A DNA stretch of 64,000 nucleotides from Histomonas meleagridis 2922-C6/04-290x. Taxonomy: Eukaryota > Protista > Parabasalia. The position numbers and the translations under genes were made by a program. Under the pieces are notes generated by a model, which saw nothing but the letters and a program-made list of their open reading frames with translations, had not been told where the DNA came from and searched no databases. The DNA lies in assembly GCA_020184695.1 (NCBI GenBank), contig JAANOX010000042.1, positions 124,001 to 188,000 on the forward strand, in the 5' to 3' direction. Below, in pieces: positions 32,236 to 43,844 of this stretch (its first letter is position 1; each line of letters starts with the position of its first letter).

Positions 32236-34577
32236 ACAATAGGTATTATAAACATATATTATTTTTGGATAGACCCGTTTTCGCTTAAAATACTTTTACT
32301 ACTGCAACAACCTTTCGATCTCAAAAGATTACTTGTAGAGTTTTGTTGCTTTTAACCCGATTTATTCGAATGAAATACATTCCACATATTCATCATTAGA
32401 TCCAAAAAGAAAACGGAATCCCTTTCTCTTGCCTTGGGAAAAATTATTTTACAAAAGTATGACATTTGCTTAATTATATTTTCAAACATAGAGCATTAAA
32501 ATTAAATTCGAGCTAGGGGTTGTTTGGCTGTAGTTGTTTTTTTGCCCAAGGGATAAATTGAGAAGGTTTTTGGCAAATGACATTGAAATATTCGTGCGTT
32601 TAAAAAATTCTATATGAGATATTCAATTTTCTGAATGATTATTCAAATTTTTGAATCACTCAAAAAAACCAAACCGTTGGTGTTGAAGATAGTGAAAATG
32701 CAAATTTCGTTGGAATTTAACTCTGATGTATAGGGGTGTGACTGAAACACTAATTGAATGCAATTAGTTGAAGCACAGTATTGAAACACAAATTTTTAAA
32801 AATTGATGGAATTATTAAAAATCATATGGAATTTTAATTTCATGATATTTTTCATTAATAACATCAGCATAGCATACCAATTTAGGAATGTAAAACATGG
32901 TTTTATAAAGATAGTTATTTTAATTGTAAAAAATGTAATTAAAATTGTTCTCTCTTTGATATTTATTTTAGAATTATATAAGTTTTAAAGTAGATTGCAG
33001 ACATCGCAAAATTACCGAAATTTTATGAATTTTGCTGAAATTAAAATAAGTCGTATCATTGATCAATCTTTGATTTTTAAATAACCATGTACAATATTAT
33101 ATCTTAGTAAGTTCTAATAAATGGTATATAAAGGAAAGTTTAGCAATATTCCTTTCGATGAAATGCTGGCATTTTATTCCATTTGATTACACTATTAGAA
33201 ATTTCAAACAAAAAATAAGCGGCTAATCAGAAAAAAAATTTTCTTTCAATGCAATCATGTCATCGTTCCTGACAAATTTGATAAGTTTATATATGTACCG
33301 TCAATTTTCAATTCATCGGTAAGATGGAGGTTAATTTAAAAAATTAAAACAAGGTTGTGGCATTTTTCAACGTAAATTATAGGAAAGAAGAGTTAACAAA
33401 TTTACCACCAAGTCAAAACCGTAACGAGCATAGCTCGAAGCCTGTCTGACAATTTTTATATTCATTAAGCATTTCAAAAATATGATCAAGATGTTCATCC
33501 TCTTACCCTATAAAATTCAACTTGCATTCACTCGGCGAATAGTATCATAACCTTTTAATAGAAAACATTCGGAATCCGAAAATCATTAGCGTTTTGATTT
33601 GCATATTTTTGAATTTATTCACTATTTCGAAATTTAAGAAAGCCCATGTGCTATGCTGATATATAATTGCAACTGCAAAAAAGCAAGTGTAATTATTATT
33701 ATGAAAATAACTTTGATATGAAAACTGTTAAAATTAATATATCCAAATAGCAAGTCATGATCATGAAATAATATTCTCTAATGTTTATATATGAGCGCGC
33801 TTCTGTAAATGCGAAAAAATTCACTTAATTATAATTTTTATCATCTTTAAAATAATTATCTTGGTTTACTTCAATGCTTATGTTGTTAGCTGGTTCAAGG
33901 TCCTTCATATTTGTAGAACTTATTAAAGTTTTTAATGAAAACAAAGTAATGATATCTTTTTATGATATCGAGTTTACAGATTTTTTCGCACTTCAATAAC
34001 ATATAATGGTAACAATTCATGAATCGATTTCATTGTTTATAATTCGCTAAGTTTTGATCATAAGCCAAATAACGACGATAAAGTTTACATTAATTCGAAA
34101 TGACTTTTCTGCGTAACGATGGAATTTCATATGATGAGATTTTGTCAATAAGAAACTTAAGTATAAACAGATGAAAATGATGTCATACATATTGAGGAAA
34201 CTTTTAAATCATTGAAAAGACTAAACACAAAGCATATGGTAACTTAACACTGCCATAGAATGCAAAAGGCATTGACATTGTCAACGTTTCCTATAAAATG
34301 CATTACCACAAAACAGAAATTAAATTTCATTAATAATATTTGTAATAATCTTCAACAATTTTCCAATTTAATTAGTTATAAATAAATGTTTATTTATTAG
34401 AAACATCTTTTATTTTTTGGAATTTTTAATATGTATTAAGTTTTGTATCTTTAATGAAATTTATTGCTTTTATTTCAAGTGTTCTTTTTACTATAAATCT
34501 AATGTAATTAAACCAAATGTTGAAACTGAACATCGTGAAGAAAATCTTTTGGCACTTTTTGGAAAGTGTCTCCGACT

Positions 34578-35477
34578 ATGAATTACATTGCAACATTTTT
34601 TATTGTTGTCCAATCCATTATTGAATTTTTTATTTGGAAAACAGATATAACAAAAGCACCAGAAGTTGACTCAAAAATTCTGCATGTATTAAGTGAAGCA
34701 TGGATATTTACTTACTTTTATACATTCGCATTTTATGCTGCTGCATCATTTATGAATCCTGGATACTTAAGTATAAATTGGCTAAGTGAAGCCTACAAAG
34801 ATCCCAATTTTAAAGAGGAATTAGATGATAACGGTGAAAAAAGTTTTTGCGAAATCTGCAATATCCCACGACCACTAAGGGCTCATCATTGCTCTTCATG
34901 TAAAAAATGTGTTTTATTAATGGATCATCATTGCGATTTTATTGGGAATTGTGTTGGATATCGAAATTACAAATGCTTTTTTATGTTTCTAATTTCATTT
35001 TGCGTTCATGCAATTCTTACCATAACCATTACTTTATACTTTTTGATTTCTGATTTTATTAGTCCATCCATTATTGTAATATTTATTATCAGTCTTTTTT
35101 ATTTTTTGTTATTTGGCCTACTTGTAGTGCTTCAACTAATTCCACAAGTGAAGTTTGCCACCACAAATACTACTTGGATCGAAACTACATCCAACAAAGT
35201 TCGAGATGCACTTTACCAAAGAGCAAAAGTAAAACGCATAAATCGCTATGACACAGGTAGTGTATTCAAGAACATGCAACAAAGATTTGGACAGAACCCT
35301 TTTACGTGGTTTCTTCCAATAGCAAATAGCGGAAATCCATATACGTTTCCAGAAAACCCAAAATTTGTGCCTGTGTACGCTTTAAGTTATGAAACTGTTT
35401 TCGATGAAAATGGTTATATGGATTCAGATGAAAATTTAATGCCTGCGGCGAGGTTTAGAAAACCTTTAGAACCATAA
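34578..35477 (+). CDS. DHHC palmitoyl acyltransferase
   Basis: CEICNIPRPLRAHHCSSCKKCVLLMDHHCDFIGNCVGYRNYK, four TM segments, and TTWIE (TTxE). Confidence 0.96.
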   Translation: MNYIATFFIVVQSIIEFFIWKTDITKAPEVDSKILHVLSEAWIFTYFYTFAFYAAASFMNPGYLSINWLSEAYKDPNFKEELDDNGEKSFCEICNIPRPLRAHHCSSCKKCVLLMDHHCDFIGNCVGYRNYKCFFMFLISFCVHAILTITITLYFLISDFISPSIIVIFIISLFYFLLFGLLVVLQLIPQVKFATTNTTWIETTSNKVRDALYQRAKVKRINRYDTGSVFKNMQQRFGQNPFTWFLPIANSGNPYTFPENPKFVPVYALSYETVFDENGYMDSDENLMPAARFRKPLEP

Positions 35478-35799
35478 ATTTAGAATTAGATATAAATAAA
35501 TATATGAGGTTAATAACATTTGGTTTTTAAATATTTAATATTAAATTCTCAACGGAAATATTTTAAATTTTTTGGTCATTAGTGTTGCTGAAGTCACACA
35601 TTTCTTTTCAAAATATTCTGAATATTTAATTTCATTTCTAAAAACATCACCTCGAATATGAATTATTCTTTCAAAGATTTCTTCTATAATATAAGAGAAA
35701 GCGCAAATTGTTTCGATTTTGTATTTTCATGAAATAGCTTGGGAAAATTATACACTTTTTTTCCCCAATTCCGGATTCGTCACTTTTATACATCACTTC

Positions 35800-36942
35800 A
35801 TGGCATGTAAAAAAAAATCAAAAATCATAGAACTTAATGGTGAATCATTCTGGTTTGCTGTTCAGAAACAATTCGAATCAAATAATTTTATTAATGTTGT
35901 TCATGTTCATGATGCTATAAGATACAATCCAAAATTGTCTTCAACATTAATTCCATTTCTTACAAAACCAATTACTATATCGGTGGGTCTTAATCTAAAA
36001 ACTCGGTTTGAGTTACTCTCCCCAACAGCACAACATAATTTTATTTCATTATTAGCTTTTATTCATGATGTTATTCCAGAAATTCCAGAGGTTCTTTTAT
36101 CAAATCCCATTGACAAGAAAGTATACTTGTCATATACTGAAACGCCACGTCTCGTCTTTTCAAATTATGATGAACCTCAAATTCCAATTGAAGTAAATGA
36201 ATCAAATGAAGAAGATAGTGAAGAATCAGAGCCAGAACCAGAAGCCATTCTTTCCGAGCCACTTTCAACAGAATTCTTTACCGATATCATTACTGCTCTT
36301 GTTAAGTATCCCAAACATTCAGAACAAATAATCCAACAATATCTTCCCATTACAACATTCCAATCCTTTTATAGTTATGTTTCAGGCCTATTTTCACAAC
36401 AAATTCCTCCGTCAGTAACAATTCTTATCTCCAGATATCTTATTAAACCATATCTTTTATCGCTTCAATCATCTGCTAATCGCTTAGTGAGTGATGCTCT
36501 TCTTCTTATTGTCTCCAAATTTCCTGAGATATTTATAAAAGAAGTTGTTCAACCAATTTTTTTTGATCCGTCTTCGAAAATTTTTGTCTTTGAACTACTT
36601 CAGCGACTTTTTACTCTCCAAAGCTTTTGTAATTCTGTTCTCCCTTTTCTTTTTGATGGTCGTTCTCCTTCACTTGAAGCACCTCTTAAGAAAGAAGCGC
36701 TTCAATTCCTTACATCTGCTGTGCAAAGAAGTAAAAACATCGGAAGCGATGTGCAGAAATGCGTTTTGTTGCATATCAGAACACAAATGGGATATAACTC
36801 TATGGACGCAGTAAGACCATTCATATTCTTTTTGAAGACACAAGAATTGGAGGATGAAGAAGTGAGAAACATCGCTGAAATGATGTTGGAGCTGGTACCA
36901 GAAAGAATGAAGGCAACTGCAAAAAGCGCTTTTAATAAATAA
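35800..36942 (+). CDS. FANCE-like (Fanconi anaemia group E C-terminal domain) protein
   Basis: RYLIKPYLLSLQSSANRLVSDALLLIVSKFPEIFIKEVVQPIF aligns by eye with FANCE [43 protein letters not shown]. Acidic linker lies upstream. Inr-like TCACTT precedes ATG 35800. Confidence 0.6.
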   Translation: MACKKKSKIIELNGESFWFAVQKQFESNNFINVVHVHDAIRYNPKLSSTLIPFLTKPITISVGLNLKTRFELLSPTAQHNFISLLAFIHDVIPEIPEVLLSNPIDKKVYLSYTETPRLVFSNYDEPQIPIEVNESNEEDSEESEPEPEAILSEPLSTEFFTDIITALVKYPKHSEQIIQQYLPITTFQSFYSYVSGLFSQQIPPSVTILISRYLIKPYLLSLQSSANRLVSDALLLIVSKFPEIFIKEVVQPIFFDPSSKIFVFELLQRLFTLQSFCNSVLPFLFDGRSPSLEAPLKKEALQFLTSAVQRSKNIGSDVQKCVLLHIRTQMGYNSMDAVRPFIFFLKTQELEDEEVRNIAEMMLELVPERMKATAKSAFNK

Positions 36943-37160
36943 AATGTATTTATTTGTATGTTATATCTTTAATACTTTTTGAATAAATAGAGTTAAAATA
37001 TAATAATTAAGTAATTTCATAGTTTATAATATTTTTAAACATCATTCGCAAATATAAATGTATTTAGAGATGTACAACTCCAAATAAAATGTGTAAATTC
37101 TTGTTGAAGTAAATTGAGAAAAATTATATAGTAAATGAAAAAAGTGGCAAATTTTGGTTA

Positions 37161-38348
37161 ATGCTACAAAAATATAAAGCAAATCCTCTTTTTACAAGGA
37201 GAGTATTAACTTATTTATACTGTACTTTTAGTATTTCATTTGTTACTCGTATATTTAGATTTTCCAAGCCAGGAACAATGGTACTTGATGAATTTGATTA
37301 TTCTATTCAATTCTCTAATATTTCACAACACAATATTTCTAGGCCAATTACTGGAGAAACGCTTTTAAAAATACCTATTGAAATCATATCAAATGAAAAA
37401 TTTACTCTTCAAATATATTCACCAAATTACAAATTTGGAATTACAAAACCTTATCTTATACTTAAAGTGGTAAATATTTTATTGTCATCTTTATGTCCTG
37501 TATTAATTTCTGCTACACTTATTCTTAATCATATTTCACCATTCATTTCATTTCTTTCTGGTATTTTACTATGCTTTGAATTTTCTTTTATAACTCGTTC
37601 ACGGATGGCTTGTGTTGATCCTCTATTTCACTTCTTATCTTCATTATCATTATTTTTAAATTCATATATTCAATACACAAACAACACAACAATTTTCATA
37701 ATTTTCTCAATTATCACATCTCTTTCGTTCTTTACAGATTATTCGGGCATTATAATTCTTTTCTTTTCAATCAGAACACTTTTTAGTATTCGAACAAGAA
37801 ACTACAAAAATTATTTCACTTTTTTTTCCATTTTTTTGTTTTTTGTTAGTATTGAAATTGGACTTGAGATATATGCCTATAACCCTTCAACAATTTCCAC
37901 ATACATAAAATCACGAATTTTAACATTTATAAATTTTGAGCACCAAAAATATCCTTTTTACTTATTTCCTTTATGGAAATTCCCGCCAAAACTTTTGTGG
38001 AGTTTTGATAATCAAAAGATGAAATTATTGAATAATCCAATTGTGATTATTTTGTGTTTTTTATTTTCGATATTAAAACTTGGTAATGTTGAGTCTCGTT
38101 TTTATTTTTATTCGATTTTTGTCGTTTGGTTAATAAAAAGACCAATTTCATGTATTGATTATCAGGTTTGTGTTTTGTTTGGTATTTTAGCTGTGGGAAA
38201 AGGATTACAAACATTTCCATTAAAATATGTGATTGCTATTCTTGTGTTGATTTGTGATGTTATGGTGTTCTCTCTATGGTCGGCTTGGATTTATTGTATT
38301 AGGATTTCTGAAAGCGTCGACCATTCAATAGATATTTGGAATCATTAA
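37161..38348 (+). CDS. Protein O-mannosyltransferase-like (PMT/GT39) membrane glycosyltransferase without MIR domain
   Basis: VLDE luminal motif, FSFITRSRMACVDPLFHF (cf. SRFILLDS), YPFYLFPLW...LLNNPIV (cf. HPYxSxPWxW...LGNP), and multiple TM helices. Confidence 0.75.
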   Translation: MLQKYKANPLFTRRVLTYLYCTFSISFVTRIFRFSKPGTMVLDEFDYSIQFSNISQHNISRPITGETLLKIPIEIISNEKFTLQIYSPNYKFGITKPYLILKVVNILLSSLCPVLISATLILNHISPFISFLSGILLCFEFSFITRSRMACVDPLFHFLSSLSLFLNSYIQYTNNTTIFIIFSIITSLSFFTDYSGIIILFFSIRTLFSIRTRNYKNYFTFFSIFLFFVSIEIGLEIYAYNPSTISTYIKSRILTFINFEHQKYPFYLFPLWKFPPKLLWSFDNQKMKLLNNPIVIILCFLFSILKLGNVESRFYFYSIFVVWLIKRPISCIDYQVCVLFGILAVGKGLQTFPLKYVIAILVLICDVMVFSLWSAWIYCIRISESVDHSIDIWNH

Positions 38349-39204
38349 AGCGATTCAAAATTTTTATGTTTTATAATAAAATATAATATGTTTTTAATAT
38401 TTTTAGATGTGTATATACTCAATTTTTTGAAAATGATTTATGAGATGTCAAAAACTAATTATCTAATCGTTTTTCCAAATTATTTGCATCACATGTAATT
38501 ATGTTAAATATTTGTAAATTCTATATAATTTTGCACAAGCACAAAATGATTTTTCAGCAGCAAAAAATAATCCTTCAAATTGTATCATAAATTCACATTG
38601 GCATGAATAACAATAAAAATTTAATGATAATAAAATCCATATCTCCAAGAATGAATGTAACTTAATATCCACTTTCACAAATTTCAAATATACTTCAAAT
38701 GTATAACGACAAAATTCACCAAACACATCTCAACGATTCCAAATTCGACAATATTTCACTGCTAGTTATCAAACACCTCCACAGGTTATCAATATATAGG
38801 ATTCTTTAGCATATTTACAACATTGCGATTGCTGAAGAAGTCGAACAGCATTTCACTGATTTTGTCACCGGCTTCAAAGAATATGTACAATTACCAAAGA
38901 GCATTATCTGTGTTTGAGGGTGAGGGAACATTTTTGAAGAAATTAATAATGGTGCAAAGACATACAACTTATGTAAATAGACTTGTGCTGCCTGCACTAA
39001 CAATAACTTAGATGCGTTTTGTTTGTTAAGTAAATAAATAAATTGTAATTTTATCATATGTAACGAAATGAAATTTGTTTATTTTCGACTTGAGATTTAA
39101 ATCATTCAATGGAAATTATGATGTAGCTAAAGTACTACCATCTCATTATAAAACCATATTATAAAATATATTTTTATTGGTAATATATCTTCAAGATCAA
39201 TAGT

Positions 39205-41847
39205 TTATTCATTGAGATTTTCGTTGCCTTCCTTCAGTAATTTTACGATTTCACTATAACAATTTACATTTGCATAATGAATTGCTTTTCGGCATATTAT
39301 AAATAAATTTCAAATGTTATTTTCAAATGTCAATATATAAAATTAAAAAACATTTGTAATATTTAAATTAATGTCCTTTCGTGTAAGTAATAATTTAACT
39401 ATTTCAGTGTAACCATATATAGATGCTCTAATCAGTGCTGTTTCAAATAAATTGCTGAATTTTTAAATTCCAATTTTAAACCCAAAATAATATTAAAAAT
39501 CTTTAAATATAAGATATTATTACCTTGTGCATTGACATTGATTTCTTTATGTTTAAGAAGTAGTCTCACAATTTCTTCATTGCCATCTGAAGCTGCATAA
39601 ATAAGCGCTGTTTCAAATAATTCGAATTAATTCCAAATATCATATTAAAACATAAAATTAATATAGTAAAAATTAAATAAAGCATACAAATATCTTTGAC
39701 GTTTACATCAATTCCTTTCTTTTCATCAAATAATTTAACTAATTCTGTGTTTTTATTTTTAATTAAATAAATAAGTGCTCCAATAAGTATAATAAATAAT
39801 TTCCAAATATTATTTTGAAATATCAAATTATTAAAATAAATTTTATTTTGAGCATTAATATCAATTCCTTTTTGTTCAAGAAGTAATTTAACTGTTTCTG
39901 TATGACCATTTTTAGATGCCAAAATAAGTGCTGTATTAAATATTTTAAATAACTTTTAAATATTATTTTGAAATATCAAATTATTAAAATAAATTACATC
40001 TTTAACATTAATATCAATTCCTTCTTTTTCAAGAATAAATTTGACTACTTCTATTTGACCGTATTCAGCTGCATACATAAGTGTTGTTTTAAATAATTTA
40101 AATAATTTCCAAATATTATACTAAAACAGTGAATATTTAAAATAAATATAAAATAAAATTAACAAAGAGTTTTAACAGTAACATCTAAACTTTTTTGTTC
40201 GAGAAGTATTTTAACTATTTCTATATTATTATGGGAAATTGCAGTCATAAGTGGAGTTAGAAATATTTTAGATAAATACCAAATAACCAAAATAAATAGA
40301 AAATAAAATAAACAAATAGATTTAAAATTAATATTTATTCCTTTTTGCTTAAGAAGTAAATTAAACAATTCAACATATCCTTTTGTTGATGCTATAAAAA
40401 TTGCATCATTAAATGTTTTCGTTAAAATTTAAATCTTATTTAATAACATCATTTGTACAAATTTCATCTCCTTTTTTCTCAATAAGTAATTTGAAAATTT
40501 CTTTAAAATCATTCTTAATAGCTATAATAAGTGCTGATTCATATCATTTAAATAATTTTCATATGTTCTTTTGAAACAAAATGCTTGTGAAACAAACTTC
40601 AATAAAAAATAAAAAACATTTTTAGCATTAATATAAATTCCCTTTAGCGTAAGAACATAATTTACAAGTTCTATATTTCCTGATTTCGTAGAATATATCA
40701 AAATTTCTCTTGAAATAGGATTATTTTGTCGTAAATATTCAACAAGATATAAATTTCCAATTTCTGCTGCTTTGTTAATGATTTCATCATTGATTTTCAT
40801 TCCATTTTCTTGTAAAAACATAAAAATTTCATAATTTTGATATACAATACATTTTGTACCTAATTCATATAAATTATTAACTTTTTTAAAGTTATTTTCA
40901 TAAAGATATTTAAATATTTCATTTCTATGAAACATAATTGCTGTTTCATATGCGTTTTCAAATAATGAATGGTTTTGCTCACATAAATGAATGATTTCAA
41001 GATTTCCACCTGCAACAGCATATTTACCTGTATTATTTACATTTGCATTATTTATAAGTAAATATCTAAAACATTGAATTGAGTCAAAAATGCAGCAAGA
41101 TCAATTAATGAAACTTTTTTTCACATTCTTTATTAATAAATGAACATCTTTCATAAAGTGATGGTTCAATTATTTGATTATAATCAAAATCTTTTTGTGA
41201 TGATATTTCTTGAAGTTTTTTTCGATTTCATCATTTCGAATTATTTTCGCAATTTCATTCGGATTATGTCCTTCGTCAATATATTTCTTATGAAGCTCAA
41301 AATCATTATTTGATAATATTTTATAATTTTCCAAAAAAGTTGATTCTATTGCATCTTTAAGATATATTTTTTTGTTTTCTTTTAGTGTTTTATATTGAGC
41401 AAATAATTTATATGGAATATTATCAATAACATTTAAATCAACCAAATTTCGTTTAATCATTTGATTTATTAGATAATATGATTCTTGAGTTTTAAATTTA
41501 GAAATATAATTATAAAAAAATTCTATAACTTTTGCATTATTGTTGCTAATTTCTTTTTCTTTAAGTTCAATGTCTTCTAAATAATAAAAATATATATAAT
41601 TTTGATCATTTTGTGAATAAAATGACGAAAAAATTAAATTGAAAAGAAAAAGATTAAATGAATATGAATAATTCGGATCATATAATTTCATTGTTTGCAG
41701 AACTGATATGTCAAGATTTTTCTTGAGTTAAATTAAATATCGTTTTTCTCTATATCAGTAAGTATTTCAAAAAGATTTTTGACAAGAGTGTATCAGATCA
41801 TGATTTTGCTTATCATTCAGCATAAGTTCTTCAAATAATATATTCAT
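39205..41847 (-). pseudogene. DUF3447-like ankyrin-repeat gene, frameshifted, with about 9 spacer-interrupted ankyrin repeats
   Basis: Paralog of 58375-60570 (HKKYIDEGHNPNEIAKIIRNDEIEK; AVAGGNLEIIHLCEQ). N-terminal part has several frameshifts. C-terminal TAL..AS..G..EIVKLLL..GIDIN repeats are each separated by an AT-rich spacer. Confidence 0.85.
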
Positions 41848-41941
41848 TTTTTTACATTTTTGATAAAGTATACAATTCGATCGTTTTTGCTTCTCATGTG
41901 GTTAACATTGGGCATTTTAATTGTATATCCTATAAATCTTA

Positions 41942-43286
41942 ATGAAAAATTATACAAAGCTGAAAACTCTTGGAGAAGGTACATCTGGTGAAGTTATTCT
42001 TGTTGAAAAAAATGACACAAAAGAAAAAATCGTTCTAAAAAAAATCAAAGGTTCTAATAATTTTGAAGAAAATGAGAAAAAAGTTATCACAGAAAAGTTT
42101 GAATCTATGTTGACATTTTCTCATCCAAATATTATTCGATATTTTAACTATTTCACAGATAAATATATTTATCTAGTTATGGAATATGCAGATGGTGGTG
42201 ATTTGAAACAAATGATATGTAAAACCCGAAGCTCAAAAAAATTAATTCCAGAGGAAAAAGTTATTTATTACTTCACTCAAATTGCGTCAGCAATTCAATA
42301 TCTTCATCATAAAAAAATTATTCATCGAGACTTGAAACCACAAAACATTTTCCTTACAATCTGGTCAAGTAAAAATAGGTGATTTTGATGAAATTAAAAT
42401 TCTTGAAACTATTCATCAAATTTGTAATACAACCACAGGAACTCGATCTTATATGTCGCCTGAACTCATTAATTTTCGATCATATGATTTTAAAACAGAC
42501 ATTTGGTCATTAGGATGCATTCTTTATGAGTTGTGTCAACTTAAGCCGCCATTTGATGAAAGTGAAAATGGATTCGCAAAACTTCATAAATTAATAAGTA
42601 AAGGAAAATATGACCCAATACCAGAGCAATACAGTGATGGGGTTCGAGATCTTATATCAAAAATGCTTCAAGTTAATCCAAAACGTCGTCCAACGATTGA
42701 CGAAATTCTTTCGATGCCAATTATGGAAACCATCAGTTTAAATGTTATCATTTTTGGATTAGCATCCACAGACAAAATATCACTTCTTCAAAGCTTTTTG
42801 AGAATAGATCCGAATGATATTTCATTTGGAAGTAATAAAATTCGACAACATAAAATTGATATTAAAATTACTGCTTCAGATGCTCATTTTTTGTCGAAAA
42901 GAAATTATTCGAAATATGATGCAGCGATTATTTTATATTTAGTTGAAGATAAGGAAACATTTCAAGCGGTTGAATTATTTAAAAAAAATTTACTTGGAAA
43001 ATTTACTGAATATTTATGTATATGTGGCAACAAAATTGGACCAAATGAAAGGAAAGTAACAGAAGAAGAAGGAAGGAGACTGGCGAATCGGAAGGGAGAA
43101 GAGTATTTTGAAATAAGCACAGCATCAGGAGAAGGCATTAAAGAAGTATTTAATAGTATTCTGCAATATAAGTTGAAACTTTATACAGATTATGAAAATG
43201 AAAATAATAATAATTCTAATGAAAATAATAATAATACTAATGAAAATAATAATAATTCTAATGAAAATAATACGAATACTAATTAA
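41942..43286 (+). CDS. NEK-like kinase fused to a degenerate Ras/Rab-like GTPase domain, split by one frameshift
   Basis: ORF1: GEGTSG, IVLKKI, MEYADGGDL, HRDLKPQNIFLT. After a shift near 42360 it continues SGQVKIGDFD...GTRSYMSPE...DIWSLGC, then a GTPase-like region (VIIFGLASTDKIS, GNKI, FEISTASGEGIKEVF). Confidence 0.8.
43200..43283 (+). repeat. 4 x 21-bp tandem repeat encoding ENNNN(S/T)N
   Basis: gaaaataataataattctaat units directly before the stop codon. Confidence 0.95.
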
Positions 43287-43844
43287 TTCTTATTTACTTA
43301 TTTTTATAAATACAAAAATTTAATATAAAATTTCAAACTTTCTTATTGAGAAACATTAATATATCCTTATAAATCGGTATAATTTAAAAAAATTAGGCTC
43401 ATTTACTCATGCAATGCGAAATCTATAATAATGACAATTAAATTTGCGTTTACTTAAAATTCATAAAAAATAAAATAACTCATAAACAGTGGTATTCTTC
43501 ATATTTTTTGTGTGAATTCAAATACGAAGTTATGAGTCTTTTCCGAAATATGAGATAATTGTGATATTTTTTGATATAAACATAAGATCAAAATCTGTTA
43601 TGTGAAAATTTTTGAAATTAGGAAAACTTTCGAGGTAGATCTCTGTTATGAAAATCATTCACGTTCATCTATTATTTGCAATTACAACGTGGGAATTCTG
43701 AATGTCATAATTTTACTTTTTCAATCAAAATTTCCTTTCAAGTATTGAAATACTTAAATTAAATAGTTTACTAACTGTTTGGACAATTCAATTTTCTGTT
43801 TCCACACAAACAAAGAAATTTTGTTCACTTCACTTGTATTTTCG

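Noticed and set aside
38890-38930. Alternative genetic code (TGA read as Trp or Cys)
   Set aside because: In-frame TGAs appear only in decayed regions. Long intact genes contain none, and RasGEF terminates at TGA.
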